From the NCBI GenBank assembly GCA_963781445.1, contig CAWAGS010000010.1:171995-235994 (forward strand): DNA of 64,000 bases, written 5' to 3'. Positions 47,768-55,777 of the stretch are shown here, one piece after another. Numbering within the stretch: the first letter of the stretch is position 1; each line of letters opens with the position of its first letter. A program made the position numbers and the translations under genes. Source of the stretch: an uncultured Actinomycetota bacterium (GTDB taxonomy: Bacteria; Actinomycetota; Actinomycetes; Propionibacteriales; Nocardioidaceae). The notes beneath the pieces are model-generated. The model did no database searches. It had not been told where the DNA came from and was given only the letters and a program-made list of their open reading frames with translations.

Positions 47768-48720
47768 CAGATTCCCTTTCCGAAGCGGTTGGCAACCCGT
47801 CCGACTGCATCGGCCGAGAGGAGGCGCCAGGAGATCGCCAGGGCGAGCCACGCCCGCAGGTTGCGCACGTCGTGGCGCAGGACCTGCCGAGCGATGCTCC
47901 GGGCCTGACGTCGTTGCTCGCCTGCGGCGTGCGCAAAGGCGATCTGGGACCGGATCCTGCCGGCGGCGCGCGGATCGGCGGCGATGTCGCCGTGCTTGGC
48001 GAGCAAGTACGTCAGCGCTTCGGCGTACCGGGCCCACTGACCGTAGAAGTAGGACTGCCCTTGCCACCGCACCGACACGAGCGCCTCGTTGACGAGCCGA
48101 ATGGGCGCAATTCCGGACGTCGTGAGCAGCATGTCGTAGTCCTCGCCGTAAGCCCCCGGGAGGCTCTCGTCGACGAGCCCGATCTCGTCGACGAGAGCAT
48201 GACGACGGAAGACGAAGCTGCTCGAGTGCAGCCCGGCCAGGCGATCGCGCACGAGATGGTCACGCGTCACGACGTCGACCGGGACCAGTCGCTCGTGCAG
48301 CCGGTGGCCGTCGTCGACGCGCATCGCCGTTCCGACCAGGCGAACATCGGCGTGCAGGTCGAACAACGGCATCTGGGCCGACAGCTTGCCCGGAAGCCAG
48401 GTGTCGTCGTCGTCGAGGAACGCGACGAACTCGTGGGCCGCGGCCAGGATGCCGGAGTTCCGCGCGCCGGCGAGGCCGCGGACTCGCCCGTTGACCATCG
48501 CCCGCATCGACCGGAGCGGACCGGTGTCGATGTCGGGCAGCTCAGGATCGCACCCGTCGAACACGACGATGATCTCGATCAGGCCGGGATAGTCCTGGTC
48601 GACGATGCTCTGCACTGCTTCGCGCATCAACACCGGACGCCGGTGAGTGGGAACGACCGTGGTGACCGGTGGGACGATCACCACGGCCGCGTTCGTGGGG
48701 GCGCCGATGCTCATCGTCAT
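47767..48720 (-). CDS. Family 2 glycosyltransferase
   Basis: ATG at 48720 (MTMSIGAP). VVIVPPVTTVVPTHRRPVLMREAVQSIVDQDYP, ARNSGILAA and FLDDDDTW (DxD). Confidence 0.85.
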   Translation of the reverse strand: MTMSIGAPTNAAVVIVPPVTTVVPTHRRPVLMREAVQSIVDQDYPGLIEIIVVFDGCDPELPDIDTGPLRSMRAMVNGRVRGLAGARNSGILAAAHEFVAFLDDDDTWLPGKLSAQMPLFDLHADVRLVGTAMRVDDGHRLHERLVPVDVVTRDHLVRDRLAGLHSSSFVFRRHALVDEIGLVDESLPGAYGEDYDMLLTTSGIAPIRLVNEALVSVRWQGQSYFYGQWARYAEALTYLLAKHGDIAADPRAAGRIRSQIAFAHAAGEQRRQARSIARQVLRHDVRNLRAWLALAISWRLLSADAVGRVANRFGKGI

Positions 48721-48897
48721 TCTGATTCGAGCCCTCGGCCGCCGGGGAACGAGCGCACCATCGCGCTCGAAGCGGGGGGAACGGCCGTGGTGACCGGTGG
48801 GACGATCACCACGGCCGCGTTCGTGGGGGCGCCGATGCTCGTCATTCTGATTCGAGCTCTCGGCCGCCCAGGAACGAGCGCAACATCGTGCTCGAGG
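48651..48897. repeat. Tandem duplication (about 125-bp period) of the cytidylyltransferase-stop/GT2-start junction
   Basis: Copy A at 48651-48772 and copy B at 48779-48897 align with a 3-bp indel and about 8 substitutions by eye. Both contain ...gatgctc(atc)gtcattctgattcgagc... Confidence 0.9.
48717..48845 (-). other. 42-codon chimeric mini-ORF created by the junction duplication (GT2 N-terminus + cytidylyltransferase C-terminus-like)
   Basis: It reads MTSIGAPTNAAVVIVPPVTTAVPPASSAMVRSFPGGRGLESE. Its ATG overlaps the TagD-like stop (48842-48845), and its TGA overlaps the real GT2 ATG (48717-48720). Confidence 0.4.
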
Positions 48898-49288
48898 TCT
48901 GGCGGGTGTACGGGAAGTAGAGGACTTCGGCACCCACGGCGTTCATCGCTCGCTCGAGGCGGTAGCCCTTGGGGGTGCCCTGCCAGTCGGAGCCTTTGAA
49001 GATGACCTCGAACGGACACTGTTGCCACACGTGGGTCTTGTCCTCGGCGCGATCGATGAGGACTTCGTCGACGATGCCGAGTGCAGAGATGATGTCGATG
49101 CGCTCGTCGCACGGGACGACCGGAGCACGACCCTTGACCTCGTCGGCATACTCGTCGCTCGCCACTCCGACGACGAGGTGTCGGCACCGCTGGCGGGCGC
49201 GGCGGAGAAGGTTCAGGTGCCCGACGTGGAACATGTCGAACACGCCGCTCGCGTACCCGATGCCATACGTCCTGTTCGGAGTGGGCAC
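48842..49288 (-). CDS. Glycerol-3-phosphate cytidylyltransferase-like (TagD-family HxGH nucleotidyltransferase)
   Basis: GYASGVFDMFHVGHLNLLRRA carries the HxGH motif. Length is 148 aa. Confidence 0.85.
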   Translation of the reverse strand: MPTPNRTYGIGYASGVFDMFHVGHLNLLRRARQRCRHLVVGVASDEYADEVKGRAPVVPCDERIDIISALGIVDEVLIDRAEDKTHVWQQCPFEVIFKGSDWQGTPKGYRLERAMNAVGAEVLYFPYTRQTSSTMLRSFLGGRELESE

Positions 49289-49435
49289 TGCTTCCCCTCA
49301 CTGCTCACCTTCGAAGAAGTGCTTCTTCAAACGTTCAGAGTGGGAAGCAGCGAGATCGTGACGCCGCGTGACACGAGTTCAGGGAAGTTTTCGTCAAAAG
49401 TGCCCACCGCCACCACTGAATCGTGATAGCAGCGC

Positions 49436-50356
49436 TCAGTGCATGGAGCGGTAGACACGCACATGGTCGACCACCAGCGCGGCCGGCAGCCGGGTGAGCT
49501 CGGGCCTCGCGGCCTCGACTCGCCCCCAGTACCGGCTGCCCACCTGCAGGTTGAGTCGAATGTTCACCCGTCCCCGCAGGGAGGAAGCCAGCCACGGCGC
49601 AGCGTCCGTCGCAACCGAGCCGGTCACGGCGCCGTCGAGACTGAACTTCAGGCAGGTCGGCGACCAGTCGAGGGCATAGACGTGGAAGTCCTCGGCGAGA
49701 GACGGTCCATTTGAGGCTGTCCCCCACCCGTGGAAACGACCGCCGCTGCCGGAGGTCTGATGGGTGTCCTCATGGATGTTCCACGCGTACATGCCCGGAC
49801 CGGCGCCCGGCTGATTGGCCGGCGTCCCCCACGCCTCCATGACGTCGATCTCGCCCGGTGCGTCATCGAAGCGCAGCCAGAAGGCCGGCCACAGACCTCG
49901 GGAGACCCCGTCCGCCACCGGCAGTCGAGCCCGGATCTCCCAGCGTCCGTACTCCTGCGAAAAATGACCGATGGTGTCGAGGTAGCCGGTGGAGTAGGCC
50001 CGCTCCCCGACCTTTTCGCGACGTGCCTCGATCACCAAGGTGCCGTCCCGGACCTCCACGTTGCGCGACTGGATGGCGGCCTGGTCGAAGGAGAGCTTGG
50101 TTCCGTCCCGGACTGTCCAGCGACTTCCGTCGACGGCCGTGCCGTCGAACTCATCAGACCAGGCGAGCTCGCCCTGTCCGGGCCGGGAGTAGTCGAGTCC
50201 GCTCAGCTCGGCAGCCGCACAGGCATGGCGGTCCGCGGCGGCCCGGGGCGACGGACCGGACTGCTCCGATACCCACAGCCACGCCCCCGCTCCGCCGGTC
50301 ACGAGGAGTCCCACCACTGCGAGCGCGGCTACGGCCGGCCCGCGCGTTGGCCTCAC
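49436..50356 (-). CDS. Glycoside hydrolase family 16 (laminarinase/ExoK-like) with N-terminal signal-anchor
   Basis: GTG at 50356 overlaps the upstream stop (GTGA). WSDEFDG, GLWPAFWL and GEIDVMEAWG (the ExDxxE catalytic motif). Confidence 0.85.
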   Translation of the reverse strand: MRPTRGPAVAALAVVGLLVTGGAGAWLWVSEQSGPSPRAAADRHACAAAELSGLDYSRPGQGELAWSDEFDGTAVDGSRWTVRDGTKLSFDQAAIQSRNVEVRDGTLVIEARREKVGERAYSTGYLDTIGHFSQEYGRWEIRARLPVADGVSRGLWPAFWLRFDDAPGEIDVMEAWGTPANQPGAGPGMYAWNIHEDTHQTSGSGGRFHGWGTASNGPSLAEDFHVYALDWSPTCLKFSLDGAVTGSVATDAAPWLASSLRGRVNIRLNLQVGSRYWGRVEAARPELTRLPAALVVDHVRVYRSMH

Positions 50357-52005
50357 TTCTTCGACTTCTTGGCCTTGTCCTTCTTCTCGTCCTTCTTCTT
50401 GTCCTTCTTCGCGTGGTCCTTCTTGTTGTCCTTGTCCTTCTTCGCGTGGTCCTTCTTCGCGTGGTCCTTCTTCGCGTGGTCCTTCTTCGCGTGGTCCTTC
50501 TTCGCGTGGTCCTTCTTCGCGTGGTCCTTCTTCTCGTGGTCCTTCGTATCCGGTCTGGCGTGCTTGTCGTCCTGCGCCTTGTCGGCCTGGGGTGGCTTCG
50601 CGCCCGGGTCAGCCTCCGGTGCCGTCGCGCCCACGTCGACCCGTGGCGTCACGCCGGGAATGGGCGTGCTTCCCGCCCAGGCGCGACGAGCGCTCCGCGC
50701 CCATGCCGGCCGCCCCCGTGCCGGCTGGCGACCCGACGAGGCCGCGGTGCGGTGGCCGATCACAGCGAGACGACGTCCGAACCACATGCCCCATACGGTG
50801 TAGCGCGGCCTCGTGGCACCCGACGTGGGAAGTGGTGACGGGAGCGCAGCTACCAGCGAAGAGGAGTCGACCTCGACTGGCGGCAGGTCCGTCGCAACGG
50901 AGGTCTCGTCGTCGCCAGCCGACTCGGACGGCATCTGTTGATCCGGTTCGACGTCCGCGACGGCCAGGCGGACGGTCTCGTTCGGCACCGTGGTCGTTCG
51001 GGATGCATGGTGCGGGGGTGACATCGTCACCGGGGCGGACACGGTGGGAGTGGACGGGACGAGGACCGCAGCGGTCATGGCAGCCGTCGAACCGACGGCG
51101 ACCAGGCTCGACTTGGCTGCGGCCACGGCGTCGGCGAGCCAGCCGCCCAGGAGCGAGGGCCCGATGGGGCCGGTGAGAACCGCCAGGAGTGAACCCGCAC
51201 CGATGGCGCCGAGCTGAGCATTGACCACCTCGAGCTCCAGGCAGACACCGACGCAGGCAGCGCACTTGTCGAGGTGCGCATCGATCATCTTCTCGTCGCG
51301 TGCCGAGGCCGTGCCACGGACATGACCGGCGAGCAGCCTGCGAGCGTTGACGCACTGCACGCCCGCACGATCGGCCTTGGTGTTGATGTGCTCGTGCAGG
51401 TAGGCCCTGCGCAGCCCTTCCCGGGCCCGCAACGCGAGAGCAGAGACACCGTTCGGCTTCAACCCGAGCAGGGGTGCGACCTCCTGCGGCTTCTCGCCGT
51501 TGACGTCGACGTGCCACAGCACGGTTCGCCAACGCTCTGGAAGTGACGTGAACGCGGCCACCACGAGATCGCGCTCGAACCCGTCCATCCGGCCGTGGCC
51601 GAACGGCACGCACATGTCGATGGTCGACGACTCGTCTGTGGGGCGGACCCGCTGGGTGGCCTTGGCCCGGCGACCTGCCTCGTGCCTGATGGAGTTGAAC
51701 AAGTAACCACGGAACGAGGTCCGGGGCCCGCGACCTTCCCTGAGCTGATGCAGCACCTGGGTGAAGCATTCGGAGACGATGTCCTTGGCGTCGACCGGGT
51801 TCGACAGGTAGGCGGCCAGGCGGTGCGCCACCTGCCGATACCGTTGGAACAGCACTTCGTACGCGTCGGCGTTGCCCCGTCGAACGAAGTCGAGCAAAGC
51901 TCCGTCGTCCACGCTGGACAGATCGGTCGACAAACCGGTCGAAGCCTCGGCCTCGTCCGCATTGTTGTCTTGGCCCACCCCTGAGCAAGGTCTCACGACG
52001 AACAT
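50353..52005 (-). CDS. Single-chain ECF-type sigma-70 / ZAS anti-sigma fusion with hydrophobic segments and Lys/His-rich repeat tail (550 aa)
   Basis: ATG at 52005 is preceded by AGGGGA. Region 2-like sequence is DIVSECFTQVL...FRGYLFNSIRH. Region 4 is LPERWRTVLWHVDVNGEKPQEVAPLLGLKPNGVSALALRAREGLRRAY. Then comes C-x25-HLDKCAAC, a hydrophobic stretch, and a (KKDHA)n tail. Confidence 0.8.
   Translation of the reverse strand: MFVVRPCSGVGQDNNADEAEASTGLSTDLSSVDDGALLDFVRRGNADAYEVLFQRYRQVAHRLAAYLSNPVDAKDIVSECFTQVLHQLREGRGPRTSFRGYLFNSIRHEAGRRAKATQRVRPTDESSTIDMCVPFGHGRMDGFERDLVVAAFTSLPERWRTVLWHVDVNGEKPQEVAPLLGLKPNGVSALALRAREGLRRAYLHEHINTKADRAGVQCVNARRLLAGHVRGTASARDEKMIDAHLDKCAACVGVCLELEVVNAQLGAIGAGSLLAVLTGPIGPSLLGGWLADAVAAAKSSLVAVGSTAAMTAAVLVPSTPTVSAPVTMSPPHHASRTTTVPNETVRLAVADVEPDQQMPSESAGDDETSVATDLPPVEVDSSSLVAALPSPLPTSGATRPRYTVWGMWFGRRLAVIGHRTAASSGRQPARGRPAWARSARRAWAGSTPIPGVTPRVDVGATAPEADPGAKPPQADKAQDDKHARPDTKDHEKKDHAKKDHAKKDHAKKDHAKKDHAKKDHAKKDKDNKKDHAKKDKKKDEKKDKAKKSKK
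50401..50550. repeat. 15-bp in-frame tandem array (gtggtccttcttcgc) encoding (KKDHA)n
   Basis: Five perfect copies lie at 50446-50520, flanked by degenerate copies on both sides. Confidence 0.9.
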
Positions 52006-52237
52006 CCCCTGATTCCATGCTTTTGCTGTCGCTCCGAGTGGTTGCAGAGCGCGCAGAGCATGTAACTGCGTGTGACAGCGAGCCAATCTAGCAGGAAACC
52101 AAGAAGCGCAACAGAGGTAAACGCAACGAATTTGCTGCCAAACCAGCGGTTCGAGCCTCCGCGCCGGCGTTTGGCGACGGATTCAGTAACGGCCAACCCA
52201 AGGACCAGAGGACTCGGCACCGTCTGGACCTGGGCTC

Positions 52238-54103
52238 CTACTTCTCCCCGCCGGCCTTGTGGCGCTTGGTCGATTTGCGAGCCTTGTGAGACTTGGTCGA
52301 CTTGTGGGACTTGGTCGGCGGGTGGGACTTGGTCGACGTGTGGGACTTGGTCGATCTGTGGGTCTTGGAGCTCTGCTGGGCCTTCGATGCCTCGTACGAC
52401 CTCGGCTGATGAGCCTTCGCGGCGTCGGCCTGGTGACCCCGATGAGGCGCGCTGGCACCGGTTCCGCGGGTGCCGGACGACCAACCATCGTCGACCGTCC
52501 GCGCTTGAGCGGACTCCGATGTCTTCTGGGTCGTCGTGACCTTCTGCGCCTTGTGGGCCTTGTGGGCCTTGTGGGCCTTGGGTGCCCTGGACGCCTTGCG
52601 GAGTCCGGCACCGTCGGCGCCCGTGGTGACCGCCGGACTCTCGGTGACCGTGCCTCGCACAGCGGCTTCAGCGATGGTGTCGACCAGCTTGTCCAGGGGT
52701 GGAAGACCAACCGCCATCGCCGCCTTGAACCCAGACGCGTCGATGGAGACGGGCGCGCCCGACGAGTCGACCGTCAGCGTCACTGGTGGCCTGCCGCCGG
52801 CGACAGTCACGGTGATCGGCAGGCCTGCACCGGTTCCCGTGGCCTCACCCAGGGAAGCAACGAGCTGCAACCCGCCGGCCACCGCTCTGCTGACACCAGC
52901 CTCCGCCGCCTCGATCGGTGCGGACACCGCTGCGGTGACCTCCCGCCCGACCTCTCCGACCCCCGCCGGCACGGCCGCGCCGGCCTCCCGCTCCTGGCCG
53001 TACTCGGCCGGCGCGGCCGTGCCCACCTCCCGCTCCTCAGTCAGCTCCTCCACGACCGGTGGCTTGACGTCTCGCCGCTGCGGTCCGAACTCGCCCGCCA
53101 GCTCTGTCGTCAGCTCGGAGACCGGAGGGCTGGCGGCGAACGAACGGCTCTGCAGCACATCGACCGGCTCCGGCTCGGCACTCGAGCCGGGCATGACGGT
53201 GAGTGCCGTCGCCACCACGGCAGCAGTCGAACCCATGGCCACGAGGGCCGACTTGCTGGCGATCGTCGGCCTCCCGACCGAACCGTGATGTGTCGGCGGG
53301 GCGGTCGGATCGAGGATGGTCGCGAGGAACCCTCCCACGGCGCCGACGTGGAGATTGACCTCCTTGAGCTCGAGGTACAGGCCCACACAGGTGCCGCACG
53401 CATCGAGGTGCGGATCGACGACCCCGATGTCGCGCGGTGTGGCCGAGGAACGGACATACCGAGCCAGCCGGTGGCGAACGTCACGGCAGGCGGCGCTGGT
53501 CCGCTTCCTGGTCGTCCGAGCAGAGTGCTGGTGGAGGTAGGCCTGACGAAGTCCTTCGCGGGCCCGGCGAGCCAGCGCGGAAGCTCCGCTCGCAGACATC
53601 TCCAGGATCGGCGCGAGCTCCCGCGGCTTCGTCCCGTTGACCTCCACGTGCCACAGAACGGATTGCCACCGCCCGGGCAGTGACTCGAACGCAGCCCGCG
53701 CGATGTCGTCGTCGAAGCTCTCCATGGGGCCGGCGCCGAAGGGGACGATGCGGTCGATGCCTCCCGAATCCTCGGCCCGTCGGGCTGCCTCGTGACGCAA
53801 GGTCGTGAACAGGGTGCCACGAAAGGACGTTCCGCGACCGTGTCCGCCATGAAGCTGGTTCACGACGAGGGCGAAGCTCTCGGCGACGACGTCGTTCGCC
53901 ACCGCGGCACTCGACAGATGGGACGCCAGCTGCTGGGCAGGGCGCCGGTATCGCTGAAAGAGCACGGCGTAGGCATCGGCGCTGCCCTGACCGATCACGT
54001 CCAGCAGAGCCTCGTCGCTGAGCCGGCCCAGCTCGTGCGCGGCCGGGTCGGGGTGACGGCGGCGTGCGTTCGCGGCCAACGCACCGCGGTTGTTCTTGGG
54101 CAT
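52238..54103 (-). CDS. Single-chain ECF-type sigma-70 / ZAS anti-sigma fusion with long C-terminal extension and His/Lys/Ser/Thr repeat tail (621 aa)
   Basis: ATG at 54103 with AGGA upstream; an alternative upstream ATG lies at 54379. DVVAESFALVV...FRGTLFTTLRH, then LPGRWQSVLWHVEVNGTKPRELAPILEMSASGASALARRAREGLRQAY, then C-x25-HLDACGTC. The tail carries KAHKAHKAHKAQK and (HxSTKS)x5. Confidence 0.8.
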   Translation of the reverse strand: MPKNNRGALAANARRRHPDPAAHELGRLSDEALLDVIGQGSADAYAVLFQRYRRPAQQLASHLSSAAVANDVVAESFALVVNQLHGGHGRGTSFRGTLFTTLRHEAARRAEDSGGIDRIVPFGAGPMESFDDDIARAAFESLPGRWQSVLWHVEVNGTKPRELAPILEMSASGASALARRAREGLRQAYLHQHSARTTRKRTSAACRDVRHRLARYVRSSATPRDIGVVDPHLDACGTCVGLYLELKEVNLHVGAVGGFLATILDPTAPPTHHGSVGRPTIASKSALVAMGSTAAVVATALTVMPGSSAEPEPVDVLQSRSFAASPPVSELTTELAGEFGPQRRDVKPPVVEELTEEREVGTAAPAEYGQEREAGAAVPAGVGEVGREVTAAVSAPIEAAEAGVSRAVAGGLQLVASLGEATGTGAGLPITVTVAGGRPPVTLTVDSSGAPVSIDASGFKAAMAVGLPPLDKLVDTIAEAAVRGTVTESPAVTTGADGAGLRKASRAPKAHKAHKAHKAQKVTTTQKTSESAQARTVDDGWSSGTRGTGASAPHRGHQADAAKAHQPRSYEASKAQQSSKTHRSTKSHTSTKSHPPTKSHKSTKSHKARKSTKRHKAGGEK

Positions 54104-54468
54104 CTGACGATCCTGGAGGTGCTCCCGCCCCGGCGCCCGCCATGGGCTCAAGCGGATGGGGGCCGGCTGCGCGCACACGATGGCAACGACCGCAGCGACA
54201 CCCAACCTAGCGCCGAGCGGACGCTTTTGGCTGCAGGGTTTCGATGAAAATTCCCCGGATTCCTTCGAAAAGATGGCCCCACGGACTTCCTCCGACGAAT
54301 TCGGCGAAATGGCGTCACGAACTGCGTCACGGTGACTCTTGCTCTCCACGAAAATCGCCTTCCAGGTCGTGGCGTGCACCAGGTTGTCGCTCCTCGCGTC
54401 ACGATCGCGCGGCGCCCGCCTCCTTCACATGAGGCGCGGAACATCCCGCGCACCACTGACGGAGGACC

Positions 54469-55743
54469 GTGATGGATGAACCGAGACAGCCGGTGCAGTT
54501 GTCCGACCTGCTTGCTGCGCTGAGGCGTCACGCGAACGTCCTGGCTGTGGCGGCCGGGATCGGGCTCGTGCTCGGGATCATGGCCGCGTTCGTGATTCCG
54601 ACGCGGTACTCCACGACCGCCACGGTCGCTGTGTATCCCTTGAAGACGGACCCGCTCAGCTCCGCCTCCGGCACCTCCACGGTCGACATGGCCACCGAAG
54701 GCTCGCTCGCGGAGTCACAGATGGTGGCCGCGGCAGCAGCCACGAAGCTGGAGCCGAAGCACGGCTTCACCACGCAAGATGTCGTCGACGCCGTCTCGGT
54801 GGAGACACCGGAGGACTCCCAGGTGCTGCGCATCTCGTACTCGGCCTCCTCGGCGGCCCGGGCCGCCGACGGTGCCAACGAAGTGGCCGCGGCCTACCTG
54901 CTGACCCGGCGCAACGAGGCGACCGGACTCGCCAACCGACTCAAGAAGACGGTGCAAGGGCAGGTCGAGGAGCTGAAGGGTCTCAAGAATGAAGGCGCGC
55001 TGGTCAAGCGCACCCGGCAGGTGCAGGCCGATGAGCTCGGTACCCGGCTCGCCGAGCTGGGCGGACTCGAGTTCGACCCCGGACGAATCGTCGGGCGGGC
55101 GACTCCGCCGGACGGGCCGTCCACGCCCGGCGTCCTTCCGCTCGGCCTCGCCGGTGCCTTCCTGGGCCTGTTCGTCGGCGTGCCGATCGCGCTGACCCGC
55201 AAGGAGCTGCCCTCCAACATCGGCAACCTCGAGGGCCTCGACGCACCCGACGAGCAGCTCGTGCTGGACGGCACCAGCGACGCCGACCGTGCCGACACCT
55301 GGGACATCGCGACGTTCATGCTGAACATCCCGGCAGACCTGCCCGACGATGCGCCGTACACGGTTCTCGTCGATGCCGAACCGGGCAGTGGGCCGCCGGC
55401 GCCCGGCCAGGAGTTCGCCGACGCGCTGACGCGACGCGGCTGGGGGTCCAGGTTCGTCGACGCCGGCGGAGTCGACGAGGGCCGCATCAACCGCGGCTGG
55501 CCGAACGACCGCAAGCGCAAGTCGTGGGACGGCAGGATCGTCGTCATCGACACCTCGACGCTCACGTCGGATGCCCACCGGGTCGAGATCGCGAGCCGAT
55601 GCGACGCGGTGATGCTCACCCGCACGACAGACGACGCTGCCGACTCGTTGCGCAACCTCTCAGAGATGCTCAGGGCGCGGGAGATCGACGTCAGTCTCAC
55701 CACGCTGTTCCCGGCGCCCGAGCACAGCCTGCTCGATCACTGA
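54469..55743 (+). CDS. Wzz/PCP-family chain-length-determinant-like protein with degenerate (P-loop-less) kinase-like C-terminal domain
   Basis: TM1 LAVAAGIGLVLGIMAAFVI, a periplasmic coiled region, and TM2 LPLGLAGAFLGLFVGVPIAL. The C-terminal domain has Walker-B-like RIVVIDTS, but AEPGSGPPAPG sits where GxxxxGK[ST] is expected. Confidence 0.7.
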   Translation: MMDEPRQPVQLSDLLAALRRHANVLAVAAGIGLVLGIMAAFVIPTRYSTTATVAVYPLKTDPLSSASGTSTVDMATEGSLAESQMVAAAAATKLEPKHGFTTQDVVDAVSVETPEDSQVLRISYSASSAARAADGANEVAAAYLLTRRNEATGLANRLKKTVQGQVEELKGLKNEGALVKRTRQVQADELGTRLAELGGLEFDPGRIVGRATPPDGPSTPGVLPLGLAGAFLGLFVGVPIALTRKELPSNIGNLEGLDAPDEQLVLDGTSDADRADTWDIATFMLNIPADLPDDAPYTVLVDAEPGSGPPAPGQEFADALTRRGWGSRFVDAGGVDEGRINRGWPNDRKRKSWDGRIVVIDTSTLTSDAHRVEIASRCDAVMLTRTTDDAADSLRNLSEMLRAREIDVSLTTLFPAPEHSLLDH

Positions 55744-55777
55744 CCCGACGCCGACCGGTCGTCTCGTCGGCGCACCC

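Noticed and set aside
49289-49435. Hairpin gaagaa-gtgc-ttcttc and an imperfect inverted repeat in the spacer between the GH16 and TagD-like genes, considered as a terminator.
   Set aside because: The stem is short, there is no T-run on the coding (minus) strand, and the flanking genes are co-oriented in an apparent operon. The support is not strong enough to call.
52100-52135. Shared AATTCGT string (also on the minus strand near 54290-54300) as a candidate ECF -10 element common to both sigma-ZAS leaders, with GAACC upstream in one of them.
   Set aside because: GAACC-to-CGTT spacing is about 19-20 nt, longer than typical ECF promoters. The -35 regions of the two leaders do not align, so the evidence is insufficient.
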